IMG/VR virus record: IMGVR_UViG_3300042387_002461
Coordinates: 2,517-66,516 of that record
Source of the DNA: a virus
DNA length: 64,000 bases
Reading direction: 5' to 3' (one strand)
Part shown: positions 63,880 through 64,000 of the stretch, piece by piece
How the letters are laid out: each line of letters begins with the position of its first letter
Position numbering within the stretch: the stretch's first letter is position 1
Notes under the pieces: model-generated
Told to the model about the DNA's origin: nothing
What the model saw: only the letters and a program-made list of their open reading frames with translations
Databases searched by the model: none
Program-made: the position numbers and the translations under genes

Positions 63880-64000
63880 AAATCTTAAAACTCCCCCTTA
63901 AAAATTCCTTCAGAAATCAATTGACGACCTGCATAATTTTGTGAGCCTCCTTGTTCTTGAACAGGCTGTTGACCAGCTTTTATGGCATTGTTTTGTAGCC

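Noticed and set aside
1-64000. Stop-codon reassignment as in some large phages
   Set aside because: Long conserved genes are intact in code 11, and TAA, TAG and TGA all end genes at sensible junctions

Overview
AT-rich 64 kb segment of a large T4-like (myovirus-type) bacteriophage genome. Left ~41 kb: mostly minus-strand, dozens of small ORFs. Many sit in single-gene cassettes, each headed by a near-identical sigma70-type promoter (TTGAnCTGTCC-N12-TAAkAT) about 10 nt from the ATG, with no Shine-Dalgarno. They are interspersed with genes behind a TAA(A/G/T)TA late-type promoter whose products share a capsid-targeting-like N-terminus (MKSKDQxLLEEAY). Also on the left: a tmRNA interrupted by a group I intron and carrying a 32-aa tag, a ~450-nt structured ncRNA, a non-canonical tRNA-like element, a tnpB-only IS200/IS605 element splitting a small gene, two repeat-bearing HNH endonucleases, DUF932, a RadA/Sms-like ATPase and a dispersed 44-bp repeat. 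Right ~23 kb: mostly plus-strand. It holds a second RadA-like ATPase, a cluster of proteins with constant N- and C-terminal tags around variable cores, an origin-like purine/pyrimidine-polarised non-coding region, further HNH genes, a baseplate/tape-measure module, clamp loader, GIY-YIG endonuclease and dUTPase-family gene. The most unusual signals are a covarying three-way-junction RNA motif shared by the leaders of TnpB and an HNH gene, a covarying hairpin shared by three homing-endonuclease promoters, and the tagged variable-core protein family. All calls were made by eye with no database search. A few minor ORFs under 60 aa are not listed.
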